DNA of 57,533 nt, filler included, from Squatina squatina (lineage: Eukaryota), in assembly GCA_031763465.1 (NCBI GenBank). It is 3 parts of 3 records of this genome, joined end to end, with 100 filler letters (N's around TTAATTAATTAA, not from the genome) between each part and the next. Parts side by side here need not be neighbours in the genome. Positions count along the whole stretch, not along the records: positions 13,126 to 31,949 come from JARFOE010000121.1; positions 32,050 to 57,533 come from JARFOE010000234.1; 1 more part is not named here. One strand, written 5' to 3'. Shown here in pieces: positions 27,381-40,652 of the stretch. Each line of letters begins with the position of its first letter. Positions within the stretch are counted from its first letter, which is position 1. The notes beneath the pieces were generated by a model. It saw nothing but the letters and a program-made list of their open reading frames with translations, was not told the DNA's origin and ran no database searches. Position numbers and translations under genes: made by a program.

Positions 27381-27433
27381 CTGAGAGGAAGATAAGGGAA
27401 CTTCAAACTTAGATATTATGGAAGACTTGCAGC

Positions 27434-27453
27434 TGTGTGTGTGGGTGTGTGTG

Positions 27454-27485
<32 letters not shown>
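27434..27485. repeat. Compound (TG)n(AG)n microsatellite at contig end
   Basis: Direct reading. Confidence 0.95.
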
Positions 27486-27590
27486 NNNNNNNNNNNNNNN
27501 NNNNNNNNNNNNNNNNNNNNNNNNNNNNNNNNNNNNNNNNNNNNNNNNNNNNNNNNNNNNNNNNNNNNNNNNNNNNNNNNNNNNNATTAC

Positions 27591-27784
27591 CATTGAGGTC
27601 GTTAAGGCAATTGTGGATGGAATATCTTGAATGGTTTTCCATTTTGAGTTTTGATTCACTGGATCATGATGGTACATTTCCACAACGTACTTTTTAAACA
27701 CCACAGAGTAAGGTCTGCTCCAGCTCAACACTGCTGCTGTGGGGCCCAAAGGATATAATACCAGGTTCTTCACTCCTGATGGGT
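27591..27784 (-). CDS. PTPRO: PTPRO FN3 exon, 194 nt
   Basis: cctcag|...|gtaat; PSGVKNLVLYPLGPTAAVLSWSRPYSVVFKKYVVEMYHHDPVNQNSKWKTIQDIPSTIALTTSM. Confidence 0.92.
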
Positions 27785-28557
27785 CTGAGGGAGGAAAAGT
27801 AGCATTGAAATTGCGATTCCGTCCTCCATTAAGGAGGCTTCAATGAGAAGTAACATCATCATAACCAGCAAGACCATATATAACCGATTGGGATAAAATA
27901 AATGGAACCTGGCTGAAAACACACAACTCCATCAGCATCTGAATAGAGAAAAGACCGGTTATTTTAGATGCAGGTGCTTTGTCAGTTCTGATGACTCAAA
28001 TCACAAACCCACCTTGTTTCCTTACAGGTACTGACTGACCCTGCTGTACATTTTCAGCATTTTCTGTCTTTAGGTCAGATTTACAGCACTTGCAGATTTA
28101 ATCCCATATCTGTATAGAACATAGGCCTCTCAAAGGCTATATGCCTGTTATTTTTAAGAATCCTTTGATGTGAACAGTATGGGAGAACCCCTAAGGTCAA
28201 ATNNNNNNNNNNNNNNNNNNNNNNNNNNNNNNNNNNNNNNNNNNNNNNNNNTGTTGATTTATACATGCAAGGGAGTTGCAGGATATAGCTGGGGTCCCAC
28301 TGGAACATTTTCTGACTTGGTTTCTGATGCTGCGCTGGATATTAGCACACAATCAGCAATGAGACTTCTCTCCCTCGGAGTCTGTAGTTCAATATTACAT
28401 TAAACCTTATTCATAAAAACAGCAAAATGGATGATAAAGTTGATGGTTAGTGTTTGCGCTTGTATGGCTTTTAGAAGTAGGATACTCCACTTTTATTGGT
28501 GCTGTGCCTGATTGAGAGATTTTTGGAAGTAATGTTTCCAGATTCCTAAATACTTAC

Positions 28558-28678
28558 TCAAACCAAATGTAAGTGGGAGAGAAGGCGGACCGATAGCAGG
28601 CCCATTCTTCAGGTAGACCACAACCTGGTAATATGCCCCAGGCATTAGGTTTTCAATGATGTTACTGCTCAGATTTAC
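28558..28678 (-). CDS. PTPRO: PTPRO FN3 exon, 121 nt
   Basis: tgtcag|...|gtaagt; [40 protein letters not shown]; phases fit both neighbours. Confidence 0.92.
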
Positions 28679-30731
28679 CTGACAAAGCAAAGAGATAACA
28701 TAAGTAATGTGTATTTTTCTATTTTGAGATATACAGAAACATATTTGCTTATTCCCTCACTCCTAACCCATCCAAAACAATAACTGTCCAGTCACTACAC
28801 AGATATCACACATCTTCCCGTTTTATCATTTACAGAACTATTAGTCAGATTGGGTCTATTTTATTCATGCAAAGCCATTCATTTACAGCATGTGTATATA
28901 TACACACTAGTCTCTTTTTCGTATTGGAAACTGCATTATTAATATTCCAGCTCGGTGCCATTTATCATCAGCACTAGAATACAGAGGCCCTCTTTCCATC
29001 GTTCAAAGTACACAAGTCAATTTTCAAACATCTTGAAAAATAATTTTTGGCAAATGTCTGGATATTGTAAATTGGAATTATAANNNNNNNNNNNNNNNNN
29101 NNNNNNNNNNNNNNNNNNNNNNNNNNNNNNNNNNNNNNNNNNNNNNNNNNNNCACACATAATATCCTGGGGCTAAACTAATAAATTATGTCAGTACTGTA
29201 ATGCTATTCAGACATTACTGCTTAATGAAAGGACCTCTCATTTTAACAGCCAGTGAACCAGTAAATGGATTGAAGTCTAATGCAGAGATCAATTATTTGA
29301 TCTGGCTGGAAGTACTGTGGGAAAAACAGGAACATATATTCAGTAGCAACACTAGATCCCCATATTACAGGAGTGACTATTCATTTTACAAAGTAAGGGA
29401 CGAGCTTATTAATGATGCAGAACATTAATGTGAAAAAATGTATTTTATAAAGCAGCAGCTAGTGAGACAAATGTGGTCTATATGCTTAAGCTACCAAATG
29501 GAAGCAACAAATAAACATAATGGAGCAGTCATCATTTCTGCCACATTATTCATTCATTATTTAATACGTGGCCCCAAATTTATTTCTCTAGTTTGAAGCA
29601 AGAAGGATTTGCACTCTTAGGCAGTAACCATGCTGCAATAGAAAGATCAGTTACTCCTTTCGATCAATGGGATGCCTTTAAAAGGTATAATGCTGAGCAT
29701 GCAAGATAAATACATTCCCAAAACCAAACAAGCCCAGACCAAGAAAACAAGACCCTAAATGAATTAACAAATTAAGTGAGATGGAGAGAAAATAGCCTGT
29801 ACAAATCCTGCTAGGAGAAAGAAGGGCTCATTGGAATGAATAAAAAAGCATTTTAAAAAAAGGGTGGAGACCTAAAAAAAAAGAATGGCTGAAACTTCAT
29901 AGTTGAGCCAAGTTTAATTATATACTGCTTGAAATTATATATTTTATTTAAAAGGTCAAATCTGCAGCTCAATTTTTTCTCATCATACAAACAGCAAATG
30001 CTGGCAGTGCTCATTTTATATGGGTGAGCAGCATCAGTTCAGTGAACAGGGGTAAAAAATGACATGGAACCAATTTATAATGAGATTGAATTAAATTATG
30101 TCTAAGAAGGCTTTCAAATGTGAGGCCTCTGAAATGTAGCTAAAATTTTCTACCACTGAATGTGATGTTTAATTAATTTGGCTGGAGTCAGCAAAGCATG
30201 TGCCTGGAATGCAAGGGTGCACTCACAGAGCGAAGAATTGCTCATTTGACTCAAACTTCACTCCACTTAAAAAGTCTTCCAAAAATTGTGCTAACGGACT
30301 CTATGGCTTCCAATAGTTCACAACAAACCATCTGAAATATGAAACCTATCAAATCCATCAATTCATTTTTGCTAAACCAATCTCATTTACCAACATTTCC
30401 AAAGCTATATTAGTAGACCATGTTTGTTCACACTAAAATCTGATTTACACAAAAGCAAACAATAGCATGCAAATAATACACTTACATATGATTGGTGTCT
30501 TTAAATGTCTATTGCTGAACATACAGTATAATATATACCAAAATCCAATAAACTCAAACTAGACAAACGCACCCTACATGGATTAACAAATTAAAAGCAA
30601 TATAAAGAGGAAAAATGACCTCAACACACCCNNNNNNNNNNNNNNNNNNNNNNNNNNNNNNNNNNNNNNNNNNNNNNNNNNNNNNNNNNNNNNNNNNNNN
30701 NNNNNNNNNNNNNNNNNNNNNNNNNNNNNNN

Positions 30732-30853
30732 GATCAAGGGATATGGGGAGAAAGCAGGGACAGGGTACTGAATTTGGATGATCAGCCATGATCTCATTGA
30801 ATGGCGGAACAGGGCTGAATGGCCTACTCCTGCTCCTATCTTCTATGTTTCTA
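30732..30853 (+). mobile_element. CR1 3' UTR/tail
   Basis: gatcagccatgatctcattgaatggcgg...ggcctactcctgctcctatcttctatgtttctatg; same tail at 38860-38985(+), 15878-15960(-), 46215-46390(-), 10731-10820(-). Confidence 0.85.
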
Positions 30854-31016
30854 TGAGATATTTTGCATGGAAAACTAAAAATAGTGAGAGACATAATCTA
30901 AAGTGGTAGTAGTGGGGAAGAGTTCGAGGTGCCTTTTGTACTTAAATTCTTTGGTCAATAAAAATTTTCACAGCATACCATCTCATTTTATCTAACGTGG
31001 CTTCGATAGTTAATAC

Positions 31017-31213
31017 CTTGGAGCAATAAAGAGATTCAATTCTTCGGCCCTCTAATTGCTGTTGACAAGAGAGAGACACGACCGACACAATACTGTCATA
31101 GTTGTGTTCTTGCGAGTGGGTCCACGAGACGAGGGCTGTGATAGAGTTCAGCACCTTCACACCAACATTCTGAGGGCTTTCAGTGACCTCTTTAAACCAC
31201 TTCCCAGAAGGAC
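31017..31213 (-). CDS. PTPRO: PTPRO fibronectin type III exon, 197 nt
   Basis: ttttgaag|...|gtatta; (G)PSGKWFKEVTESPQNVGVKVLNSITALVSWTHSQEHNYDSIVSVVSLSCQQQLEGRRIESLYCSK. Confidence 0.9.
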
Positions 31214-31349
31214 CTTCAAAAAAAAATTAATGTCAAATATTCTCCAAGAGAAACAATTCAGCTTCTGACGTGAGAAGAACATAACGTTGAATCAAATGTT
31301 TGTGGAGAACTCAAACCAGCTTGAAGAATCACAAGGTTAAATAGCAAAT

Positions 31350-31705
31350 TACAAGCAAATGAACTTGTATTTATCGAGTGCCTTGTTACATCCTCAGGAT
31401 ATGCCAAAGTGTTTTACATCCAATGAATTACTTCTGAAGCACAGTTGGTGTTATGTAGGCAAATGCACAAATGAACCACTAAACCATCTGTTTTTGGTGA
31501 TTTTGGTTCAGGGAAGGTTGGCTAAGACACCAGAAGAATTCTCTGCTCTTTTTACATCTACCCGAACATGCACGTAGCGCCTGGGTTTAACATCTCAGCC
31601 GAAAGATCAGACCTTTGACAATGCAGCACTTTCTCAGTAGAGCACTGAAGTGTCAGCTCAGATTATGTGCTCAAGTAGTAATGAGACTTGAACCCACAAC
31701 CCCAA
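31350..31705 (-). mobile_element. Deu-SINE, internally deleted
   Basis: Reverse-complement head (gagacttgaacccacaacc) and tail (aacttgtatttat). Confidence 0.75.
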
Positions 31706-31761
31706 GCTGCTGCTGACACAAAATTATGGCCATACACCAAATTTTTCACTTCTAAAGACCA

Positions 31762-31949
31762 GGGGGCCGAAATTGTACATTTTTCCGTCCCATTAGCGCC
31801 TCCGAGCGGCGTTAAGCGATTTTGGGCAGAGGCGGGAGGCGAAATTCCCCGTGAGGTCAAAGGGCGCTAGGCCCTTATTATCGTGCCTCACGTTAAGCGC
31901 CCTGGGTCGGCGTGCCACGTCATCAACGTGCATGCCGACCCCTTACTGC
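31762..31949. mobile_element. GC-rich non-autonomous DNA transposon end (PIF/Harbinger-like)
   Basis: Starts ggggccgaaatt; shares ccgagcggcg(t/c)taa with 41252-41623; superfamily call is inference from the terminus. Confidence 0.5.
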
Positions 31950-32049
31950 NNNNNNNNNNNNNNNNNNNNNNNNNNNNNNNNNNNNNNNNNNNNTTAATTA
32001 ATTAANNNNNNNNNNNNNNNNNNNNNNNNNNNNNNNNNNNNNNNNNNNN
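31950..32049. other. Artificial scaffold-concatenation linker (44N + TTAATTAATTAA + 44N)
   Basis: Identical structure, 12-mer at 31994-32005; gene neighbourhood switches from PTPRO to SNX25 across it. Confidence 0.95.
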
Positions 32050-32744
32050 ACAACGTACAATCAGCCACGCTGCAGCATTTATCCTATCGGCTGTGCTGCC
32101 ATGCTGTTGAGTGGGAGCTACACTCCTCTCCATGGGCAGGTGGGGTAAGGTGGAAGAGAAAGGCTGGGGTGGGGGAAAGCGAGCCGTCTGCAGGCTGTTC
32201 CTGTTCACACCTCCAAATGGCGAGCTTACAGCATTACTGCCTCCGCCCTGGATGTAATCTGCCCGTTCATCATCGCCTGCATTTCGTGTGTGGGCTGGGG
32301 AGAACGGAAAAACTAGACATAAAGTCGAAAGACTCTGCGGCCTCGAAAATGAAAAATTAATTTCTATATAGATTAAATAAAATAATGGCCAACAGGCAAT
32401 TTACCCTTCACTAGGTCAGGGTTTTATGTGCGTGCTATAGTTCAGTAATTCATCATGACTTGTATTATTCTGCTTTCAAGAAAATACTTTGATTCTTTTG
32501 CATCTAGTTATGACCGAAACAGATATCCCCATGATACTTTTACACAGAATTGGAAGCTACCCAAGTCTTTCATTGTGGATGAATCTTTAAAGACAGCTTC
32601 TGCCATCATTGACAGAGTATAACATGAAAGATTTTCTGCATCAGCAGTCGGTACCCAGCTAATCATTCTTCACTTCTGCCATATATAGTTACCTCCAATT
32701 ATAAGCAGTAACACAGTAGACTAAACAAAAAGCTCCTTCACTCC

Positions 32745-33140
32745 GAAAGAAAGACTTACATTTCTATAGCGCCTTTCACAGCCACCAGATATCTCAAAGC
32801 ACTTTACAACCAATTTTGGACTTTTGGAGTGTATTCACTCTTGTAATATAGGAAATGTGGCATCAATTTGCACACAGCAAGCTCCCACAAACAGTAATGT
32901 GATAATGACCAGATAATCTGTTTTAGTGATGTTGATTGAAGGATAAATATTGGCCGGAACACTGGGGATAACTCCACTGCTCTTATTCAAAATAGTGCCA
33001 TGGGATCTTTTACGTCTACCTGAGAGCATTGACAGGGCCTCCATTTAACATCTCATCCGAAAGATGGCACTCCGACAGTGCAGCACTCCCTCAGCACCGC
33101 ACTGGAGTGTCAGCCTAGATTTTTATGTTTAAGTCTCTCA
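32745..33140 (-). mobile_element. Deu-SINE (SacSINE1-like), well preserved
   Basis: Minus strand gagggagtgctgcactgtcggagtgccatctttcggatgagatgttaaa...aaaagatcccatggcactattt, the Deu-domain also found in AmnSINE1. Confidence 0.85.
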
Positions 33141-33431
33141 GGTGGAGTGGGGTTAAGGGGGATATTGCCAAGGGGTCAGTCAGAGGAACTGAGAGTTGAG
33201 GGGAGGAGAGGGGGTGGAAAACAGAGGTTGTAAGGCTGGAGGAGTTTACAGAGAGGAGCAAGACCATGAACGTATTTAACCTCAGCCGTTGGGGGAGTTG
33301 ATAATATATTTTATCAATAAACTATTACGAAGCTTAATCATGGATTACAAAGCCCACTGCTAAACCAGAGGGAGACAAAATAAGCCATATAATTCCTTTT
33401 TTAAGTTATGCAGAGCTTTAGTCATGCATAC

Positions 33432-33596
33432 CTCTTGATGAGAGAAGAAATCTCCAGGGAGCCTCTCCAGAAAGGAAGACAGTGAAAAAGTTGACTTCTT
33501 CCCTTGGACATCAACAACTTTCAGGTATTCTGGGGAAGGGCTTAGAAAACCATAAAGTGCCTCACTCTGGCACAGTCTCTCGTCTGTGAGGAGTTT
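33432..33596 (-). CDS. SNX25: SNX25 PX-domain exon, 165 nt
   Basis: ttcttacag|...|gtatgc; KLLTDERLCQSEALYGFLSPSPEYLKVVDVQGKKSTFSLSSFLERLPGDFFSHQE; not in the ORF track. Confidence 0.94.
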
Positions 33597-34851
33597 CTGT
33601 AAGAAGTAAATTCACGTGAGAAAGTTGTACTAACAAAAACAGTGGCACAGCAATTTGCTTAGTTACACCTTGGAACCAGCTAATAGATCTACCGTATGAC
33701 CAGAAGATTGCTTTTAAAATGGCCATGAATCCATCAGAGATCAAAATCTTTCTCCAGTCATGACGAGATAATCAAAATCAATGTTCAAAAGCATGCTGAG
33801 CTGTGTTCACAGATCAATAAACTCTTGCACAGTCAGAAATCTTTGATGCTGCGGTTATGATCTGACTTTTAAAAGCACCTCAATGTCATGCAATGAATAC
33901 CCTAGTAATCATTATTCTTAAATAGTTCTCAGTGAGGATTATTGAGCATGCGAGCGAGAGAGAGAGAGAGAGAAAAAAATTTAAAACTGGTTTTACCCCA
34001 ACAATTAGTTACTTCTGAAAATGCTGCCCGTCAAATTTTACGCTATTTGCTTTTAACCCAGATGTATAACCTGATTTTGATGTCTGTCTTCAACAGCACT
34101 ATTCAGATCATCACAAGAATTATAATTTGAAGATGGTTATCACTGATCCACACACCAATGTTTAGATCCATAGAGCATTGAGCACCAGATTTACATCCAT
34201 GGTCCCTCAAACTATGGGGTTCCTGATCTCAAGTATGTTAATGATTGACGGCACTGAGCAAAAGCCAAGCACTTCACCAAACAGGGGTGGGAGATACTGA
34301 GGGGCAGTCATCACCAGGATGCTCTTCCATGGCTCAAAAAGGGCAGTTCAGAGCAACACTGCTGGGAATCTGAGAGCAGATCACCTGCTTATCAATTAGT
34401 GCATAACCTGGGGGGAGCAGGGGACAGGAAAGTGAGAAAGGGGATCTGTATTTTAACAAAATGGGTCTAATTAAATATAATCAAAAATTAAATCTACTTA
34501 AGATGAGACACTATGGCCAGTGTCTGACCAAAATCTTTCAACCAAAAGTAACTGCCCCTAACTTTCTAATTGGAGGAAGTGCTCTACCAAGCAGGGCTTG
34601 GCGAGCTCAAGCCAGATGTGGCATAAGCGACCCTTGCCTGTATCTCTTAGGGCTACATGTGAAGTCGACTTGTTAACAAAAGAAATACACAACACACTAG
34701 AATAGGTAGATCTCAAATAACCCAGGATCCAGATTTCTCTCTCAGCAACTAGATAGTTTGACACAACTAGGTGCCAGATGTGCCCCTGAATTTAAAGGGA
34801 AAATGTACACAATAACCTAACCAAGTCAATTAGTCAAACTTCAGTCTACCA

Positions 34852-34911
34852 CAAAGATTAGCCAAGAAATATTGCCTACTGCAAAGATTAACCAAGAAAT
34901 ATTTACCAGTG
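34852..34911. repeat. 30-bp imperfect tandem duplication
   Basis: caaagatta(g/a)ccaagaaatatt... x2. Confidence 0.85.
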
Positions 34912-35464
34912 ACTTAAAATATGCTTACAGTTTAACCTTCACTAAAGGGGACGATTGCAATGGCACCAGTAAACCGCCAAATAAATATGTTGTTTTGTAG
35001 ACATAGTTGTCTCAAGGGGCACTGCAGACATCCAAGGTATGATCTAAGAACTGTCCTTCATCGGAAGGAAGCAACTGGAAAATACGTCTGAGGAAATGCC
35101 AATAAAGGGCACCCTTGCGATTATTACAAGGGCAGCCTTGGCAGGGAGGGTTACTGATCAAAAAAACGTGTTAATTCATGATTTCATCTTTTACCAGAAG
35201 AATGATCAAATGGCCACTGACCAGAGAGCTGATATGGCAGTTGTAAGATTGATCTTTGAAGCAAAGCGGAGTCGGAATGTTTCCCAATTCAGGAGCAGTT
35301 CAGCTGGGAAAGGAAGAATGTGAAAACCTGCAATAACCCTAAAATATCTATAGAGTAAAGTGTTGTTACCCCAGAGATAGAAATGGGATGTGCCCAGTTT
35401 CAATTTACCATTGACAACTGTGTTAAATATTGCTACTGGAGTTACAATTTCTGTTTTCTCTTAC

Positions 35465-35578
35465 CTGTAAAAAACTATTCAGTTGATTTTTTGACTTGTC
35501 CAAGAACTTGTGATCAATGGATTTAAAGGGTAGCTTACTAATAGAAGGCAGCTGCACCTTCTTTAATATTGGGAAACA
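35465..35578 (-). CDS. SNX25: SNX25 PX-domain exon, 114 nt
   Basis: tttgcag|...|gtaaga; CFPILKKVQLPSISKLPFKSIDHKFLDKSKNQLNSFLQ; not in the ORF track. Confidence 0.94.
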
Positions 35579-35809
35579 CTGCAAAACACAAAATCGAGAA
35601 TTAACTGCTGTAACAATGCTGCATTATTACTGGGCTAATTTTTAGAGCTGCATAAACTTGATCCAGTCTACAGATCATTTACACAGAACTGGAGCCCTCA
35701 TAGCAATAAGTATGTTGCTCATTGTCGTAACTGTCCAATTAAATGGAAGTAATGACTACAAACTGCGGAGAAAGCAATGTTCANNNNNNNNNNTTTGCAA
35801 CATTAAATT

Positions 35810-36230
35810 TCCACCTCGAGTACTGTGCCTGTTTTGGTTATAGACACAAGGGAGTTATTCAAGCTCTGAAGTCAGTTCAGAGAAGAGTTGTGAGGCTGAT
35901 GCCTAATGCCGGGGGTCTGAGTTATGAAGCATACCCAGTGAAATTCAGCCCTGAAAGGAGGCAACCATGAGATGATCCTAAAGTATACAAGATAGCAAAC
36001 AGGACACAAATGGTAAATACAGCAGACCACTTCAAGCCAACCCATGACAGTAGAACAGCAGAGGCCCAGGTTCAAACTAACACAAGGAAAATTTAGGACA
36101 TTCCTGCACACAGAGTGATCAAGTGGAATAGACTCCAAATAGGGTAATAGATGTGAAAAGTCTGGAATTATTTAAGAAACAGTTGGGTGCTGTGATAGAG
36201 AATTATTGGCGTTTTCAGGATGGATAAGCT
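35810..36230 (+). mobile_element. Old CR1 ORF2 3' fragment
   Basis: HLEYCACFGYRHKGVIQALKSVQRRVVRLMPNAGGLSYE. Confidence 0.75.
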
Positions 36231-36629
36231 AGGGTAGTGTCCAATAGATTAGCCACTGGACACGTGGCTAATTGGCAATCCAGATGTGACTAATGGCATT
36301 TTTGATTACTAAATAAAAATTGAATAATAGACACAGTAGGGCATGTGATCGCAATACTCCTATTTGCACAGCATCTGCATGTAAACTCTAACCTTTTTAT
36401 GTGTTTGTTGGTAAAACGGCAAGACAAAAGGCAGAGTGCTTGTGTGTTTCTCCATCATTTGTGCTTTACTTCCTTGATTCCTGTTTATTGGTTATCTGCT
36501 AAAACGGTGCGCAACACTGGTGAAAACCTCTAGCTATCCATGGTGCAAATTAAAAAGCGCAAAGAACAGCTTAAAACTATGTACAGCAACTTAAATATTG
36601 TTATTTCATGCCCGGGTTCTATTCCAGAA

Positions 36630-36990
36630 AGACAGGCATATAGACAGTTGAGGGTTTGAGAGAACGGGTGAAAAGGCAGAGCTCGGTATCATCAGCATAC
36701 ATGTAAAAGCTGACTCGGGACCTGCAGATTATATCAAGGAGGGGCTGGATGTAGATGAAGAAGATGGGGGCTGAGGATAGATCCTTGCGGGACCCTGGAG
36801 GCAAGAAACCATTGCTGCATTTGGATAGGTAGGAATGAGCAATGCAACGGCGGTCCCATGCTACTGGACAAAATGGAAGGGGTTTTCAGGGTAACTGTGT
36901 GATCAACTGTAATCAAACCCTACTGGAAGGTCAGGAAGGAATAATGCATCACCGTTACAAAGAGTGTTATTTATGACTTTGGCTAGGGCT
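36630..36990 (-). mobile_element. L2 LINE reverse-transcriptase fragment, frameshifted
   Basis: RVPQGSILSP / FFIYIQPLLDIICRSRVSFYMYADDTELCL (PQG and YADD motifs). Confidence 0.85.
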
Positions 36991-39889
36991 TCAGAGCCAC
37001 TCAATGTGCTACATGTAAAATGTAGCTGCATTTGTAACCTAGCTCTCTTAACAAAGCTAATACTGTTATTACAGTTCCATTGGTTGTACCCAGAATGATT
37101 GAAGGAGGCAGTCATTTTATTGTTCTACTGCACTACAGCCAAAAAATAGAGCTGAAACACAGACTGCACTTCCCACTTGATGAGCAGAGCTGTATAATAA
37201 AGGACACCACCATCAGGAGAACACAGGCATACTAATATTTCCTCAAAATGTGGACATGCATACAGTCACTTTTGGACATGACCATTATTGCACTAACCCT
37301 GTCAATGCAATATAAAAAAAGATGAGTATAGAAGCATCCATACACATCTGCCTTCCTGGCTCATCCTCCAATCCCACTCTCTCTCGCTTAGGACTCCCAA
37401 ACAAGAGATTTGACAATCTCCATAGCACCAATTCAAGAAATGCCCTTTGTCAGGTGAACGAGAGTGGCAAGGGGGCAGCAATACCCCCAATGTGGTGAAA
37501 GGAATTTTGTCCCCAAGCTAGTAATGAAGAATTCCACCTGGGGTGGGGGACGGAGAAACAGAACAAGACAAGTACTACGGTAACAAGAATGTCTAAGAAG
37601 TTTCAACTATAAAAAATGAACTTGTCTGGGGGAAAAGAGGGTCGATAACTACCCTAGAATGCCGTGCACACAAGAATCATACAGACTTTTTTTTACAATA
37701 TAGTGAAGAAAACTAAGAATGTGCATGTTTTGATGGCATAAGAATCATTATTTTTTTCTTCTCTCCACTCCTAAAGGTAGTGAATGACCCCTTGCTGAGG
37801 TATTGCTCCAAGGTTGCCAGGCATCCTCCAATAGCTCACCAACTGGTTATTATTCACGGTTGAGACTCAACAGTGAATGTCAACGGGNNNNNNNNNNNNN
37901 NNNNNNNNNNNNNNNNNNNNNNNNNNNNNNNNNNNNNNNNNNNNNNNNNNNNNNNNNNNNNNNNNNNNNNNNNNNNNNNNNNNNNNNCATGGTTAATGAA
38001 AGTTTCCATGTACAGTACTGCACAAGCACAAACATTCCCCACTGACACTGGGTGCTCTGGTTGCAAGGTGTCGATTACACTGTCAACTTCCAGGAAAATT
38101 ATTTGCGAGCTTGGATTAGAACATGTCTGGACTATGGCACAGCATTGTGACACGGGCATTAGTATCATTAACAAACGATGCCACAGTAGGCAGGATACAG
38201 ATCTCTGCTTCTGGCTCCAACACAGCAAGTTTATAGAATCGTAGAAATCTACGGCAAAGAAGGAGGCCCTTCGGCCCATCATGTCCACACTGTTATCCCA
38301 TTTTCCAACACTAGGTGCATAGCCGAGTAGGTTACGGTACTTCAAGCGCATACCCAAGTACTTTTTAAATGCTATGAGGGTTTCTGCCCTCTGAAGTTCC
38401 AGACCTTAGCAGTGCCTAATGAAGGCTTGATACATCCTCATGGATAGAAAGGGTGAACGAAAGGGAAAAAATAATCACTCCTACCATCGATCGGGAGATG
38501 GCGAAGGTAGAATTGTTCTTTTAAATACAAGGGTGGGACGAAAGAAGAAGATTTCTAGGCAGATGGGCAATTAGAAACTGCATGGTACAGGAAAGCAAGG
38601 GCTGTGCGCAGATAACAGCAAGAAGTGCTCGATCACAGGACAGCAGGGGTGGGCCAACCATCTGGGAGATTTCCCGAGTGCTCCGTGAATTATTCCATTA
38701 CACTGTATTATCCGGGGTGGGGGGCAGCCTCTTTCCGTGAGAATCCCAAAAGAATCCTGTGCCCTTCCAGGGGAGCCAGTACAGTCTATGATCTATTGGT
38801 TAAAAGTCTACCGATTACTTGCTTGGTTACCATGTTTGGTACAATCTATGTTTCTATGGGGATCTGGGGAGAAGGCGGGAACAGGGTGCTGAATTTAGAT
38901 GATCAGCCATTATCATATTGAATGGTGGAGCAGGTTCGAAGGGCCGAATGGCCGACTCCTGCTCCTATTTTCTATGTTTCTGTTTCTATAATCAGAACTG
39001 GCAGCTGAAAATAGTGCAGAGACAGGCAGGTGAATGGCCAATTCATAGCTGGTTTGCCTATCCACAGATAAGAAGCAAACTTGAGGGGAAAGGAACTTTT
39101 AAATCATTTAAATACTCTCTGACGTTCACTCTCCAGGCAAGGCTAGTGTGACAGATCGAGGGCAGGAGAAGACTGGAAATCGGTAAGGGCAAAACAGCAA
39201 GGCAATAAATCAGACTGATAAAATCTGGCTCACAAATCAAAGCTGGGAAAGAAACTAGAGGATTTTAACACTGGTTGTGTGGCACAAGTCAAATTCAATG
39301 CTTATAGACAAACTTGTGCTGCAACGTTTTAGCTCACATTTTCTGTTGATTTTAATCTTGGGGCAAAACTATATTCTGAATCTGATCAGGTAAAACCTAG
39401 CAATATAATGGAAGCACATTTAGATCACATCAGTCATCGTGACCTGGCACCTGGTAACCATATCTCAGAGTTTGAGGTTACCCAATGCCTGAACATAACA
39501 AGCAGCTCTTGCTGTACATACAATCAGCTTTTAATGAGGGGAAATAAGCCTTTTCATAAACAGCAATACCCATGTTCACCTACTTCTATTTAAAAACAAA
39601 CCGGTTACACCTTCACTGGATACCTTCTCATCTAGTTTTGAACCAGTTGGGTTTTGGAGCGTGGCCGTCCAAGGACCGACGTATAAAACTGAACTGAAAA
39701 ATTCTGTTCCAGTTCCACATTGTAAAAATAAAAGCGAGAAAGACTGTGGCTCATGTGAAATAGTCCGAAAGCCCCTCAAGTAAAACAGCCTGTACAAACA
39801 TGAACAAGCATCGAATTGGCCAGGTTTGCATATGTGTATATACAATCAAGCCATTTTTTGCAAGCACACAAGCCAACTTCAACATTCCA

Positions 39890-40245
39890 TCATCTACATT
39901 AACTAAGGCCAACATAGACATTGCGTCTTTTACATTAACCAGGGCAACTGCTACACCTTGCCATCGACATCAACCATAGCTGACCTCTCTTCTATGTTTC
40001 TACATTTCGACTTGTATATTAACTGCAGTCAGCCTCTACCCCTCAACACATACATTTGTCACAGCGAACTTCTACATTCGGTCATCTACATTAATCACAG
40101 CCAGTTTCTACAACACATCATTCACCACACCACTTGTATTAAGCCAACCTCTATACTGCATCATCTGTACATTAACCATAGCCAACCTCTATACCTTGTT
40201 ACCTACACTAACCACAGCACTATCAACATTAACCACAGCCACTCT
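39890..40245. repeat. Degenerate minisatellite, ~36-38 bp unit, core tacattaaccacagcca
   Basis: About eight diverged copies in a SNX25 intron. Confidence 0.75.
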
Positions 40246-40652
40246 GATCTTCAAGCATCTTAAAATAAATCTCCTGAAAATTTTCACAGGTTTGAGTGTC
40301 ACTAATTGCCACCTATTCATTTATTGTTTCGTAGGCAAACATGAGAGTCAATGTGCAGAGAGGTCCCACAATTTGGACGACTTTCTTTTCTGGATATGGC
40401 CTCTCTGACAAACATGGACATGGCACACCCTTGAAACTCAGAATACCAAACTCATGATCACCACTTCCCCGAAGACCACATTCAACAGTGTTGCTTTATC
40501 GAAGGTGCCAATTCATCTGTTTCATAAGCTCTAGTTTTATCCCTCGGCCAATCACTTGTATTCTTCCCTTCAATGCACAAGCATGAAAGTAAAAGAGCAA
40601 GCAGGTCATTCACATTGGAAAGTCTTGAAGGTTTTATGAAAGCACGCCTTAC

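Noticed and set aside
27225-27773. Single 182-aa ORF
   Set aside because: Fuses two separate PTPRO exons through intron, microsatellite and gap
39890-40245. CRISPR-like repeat-spacer array
   Set aside because: Units are degenerate tandem copies without unique spacers; eukaryotic intron, no cas genes
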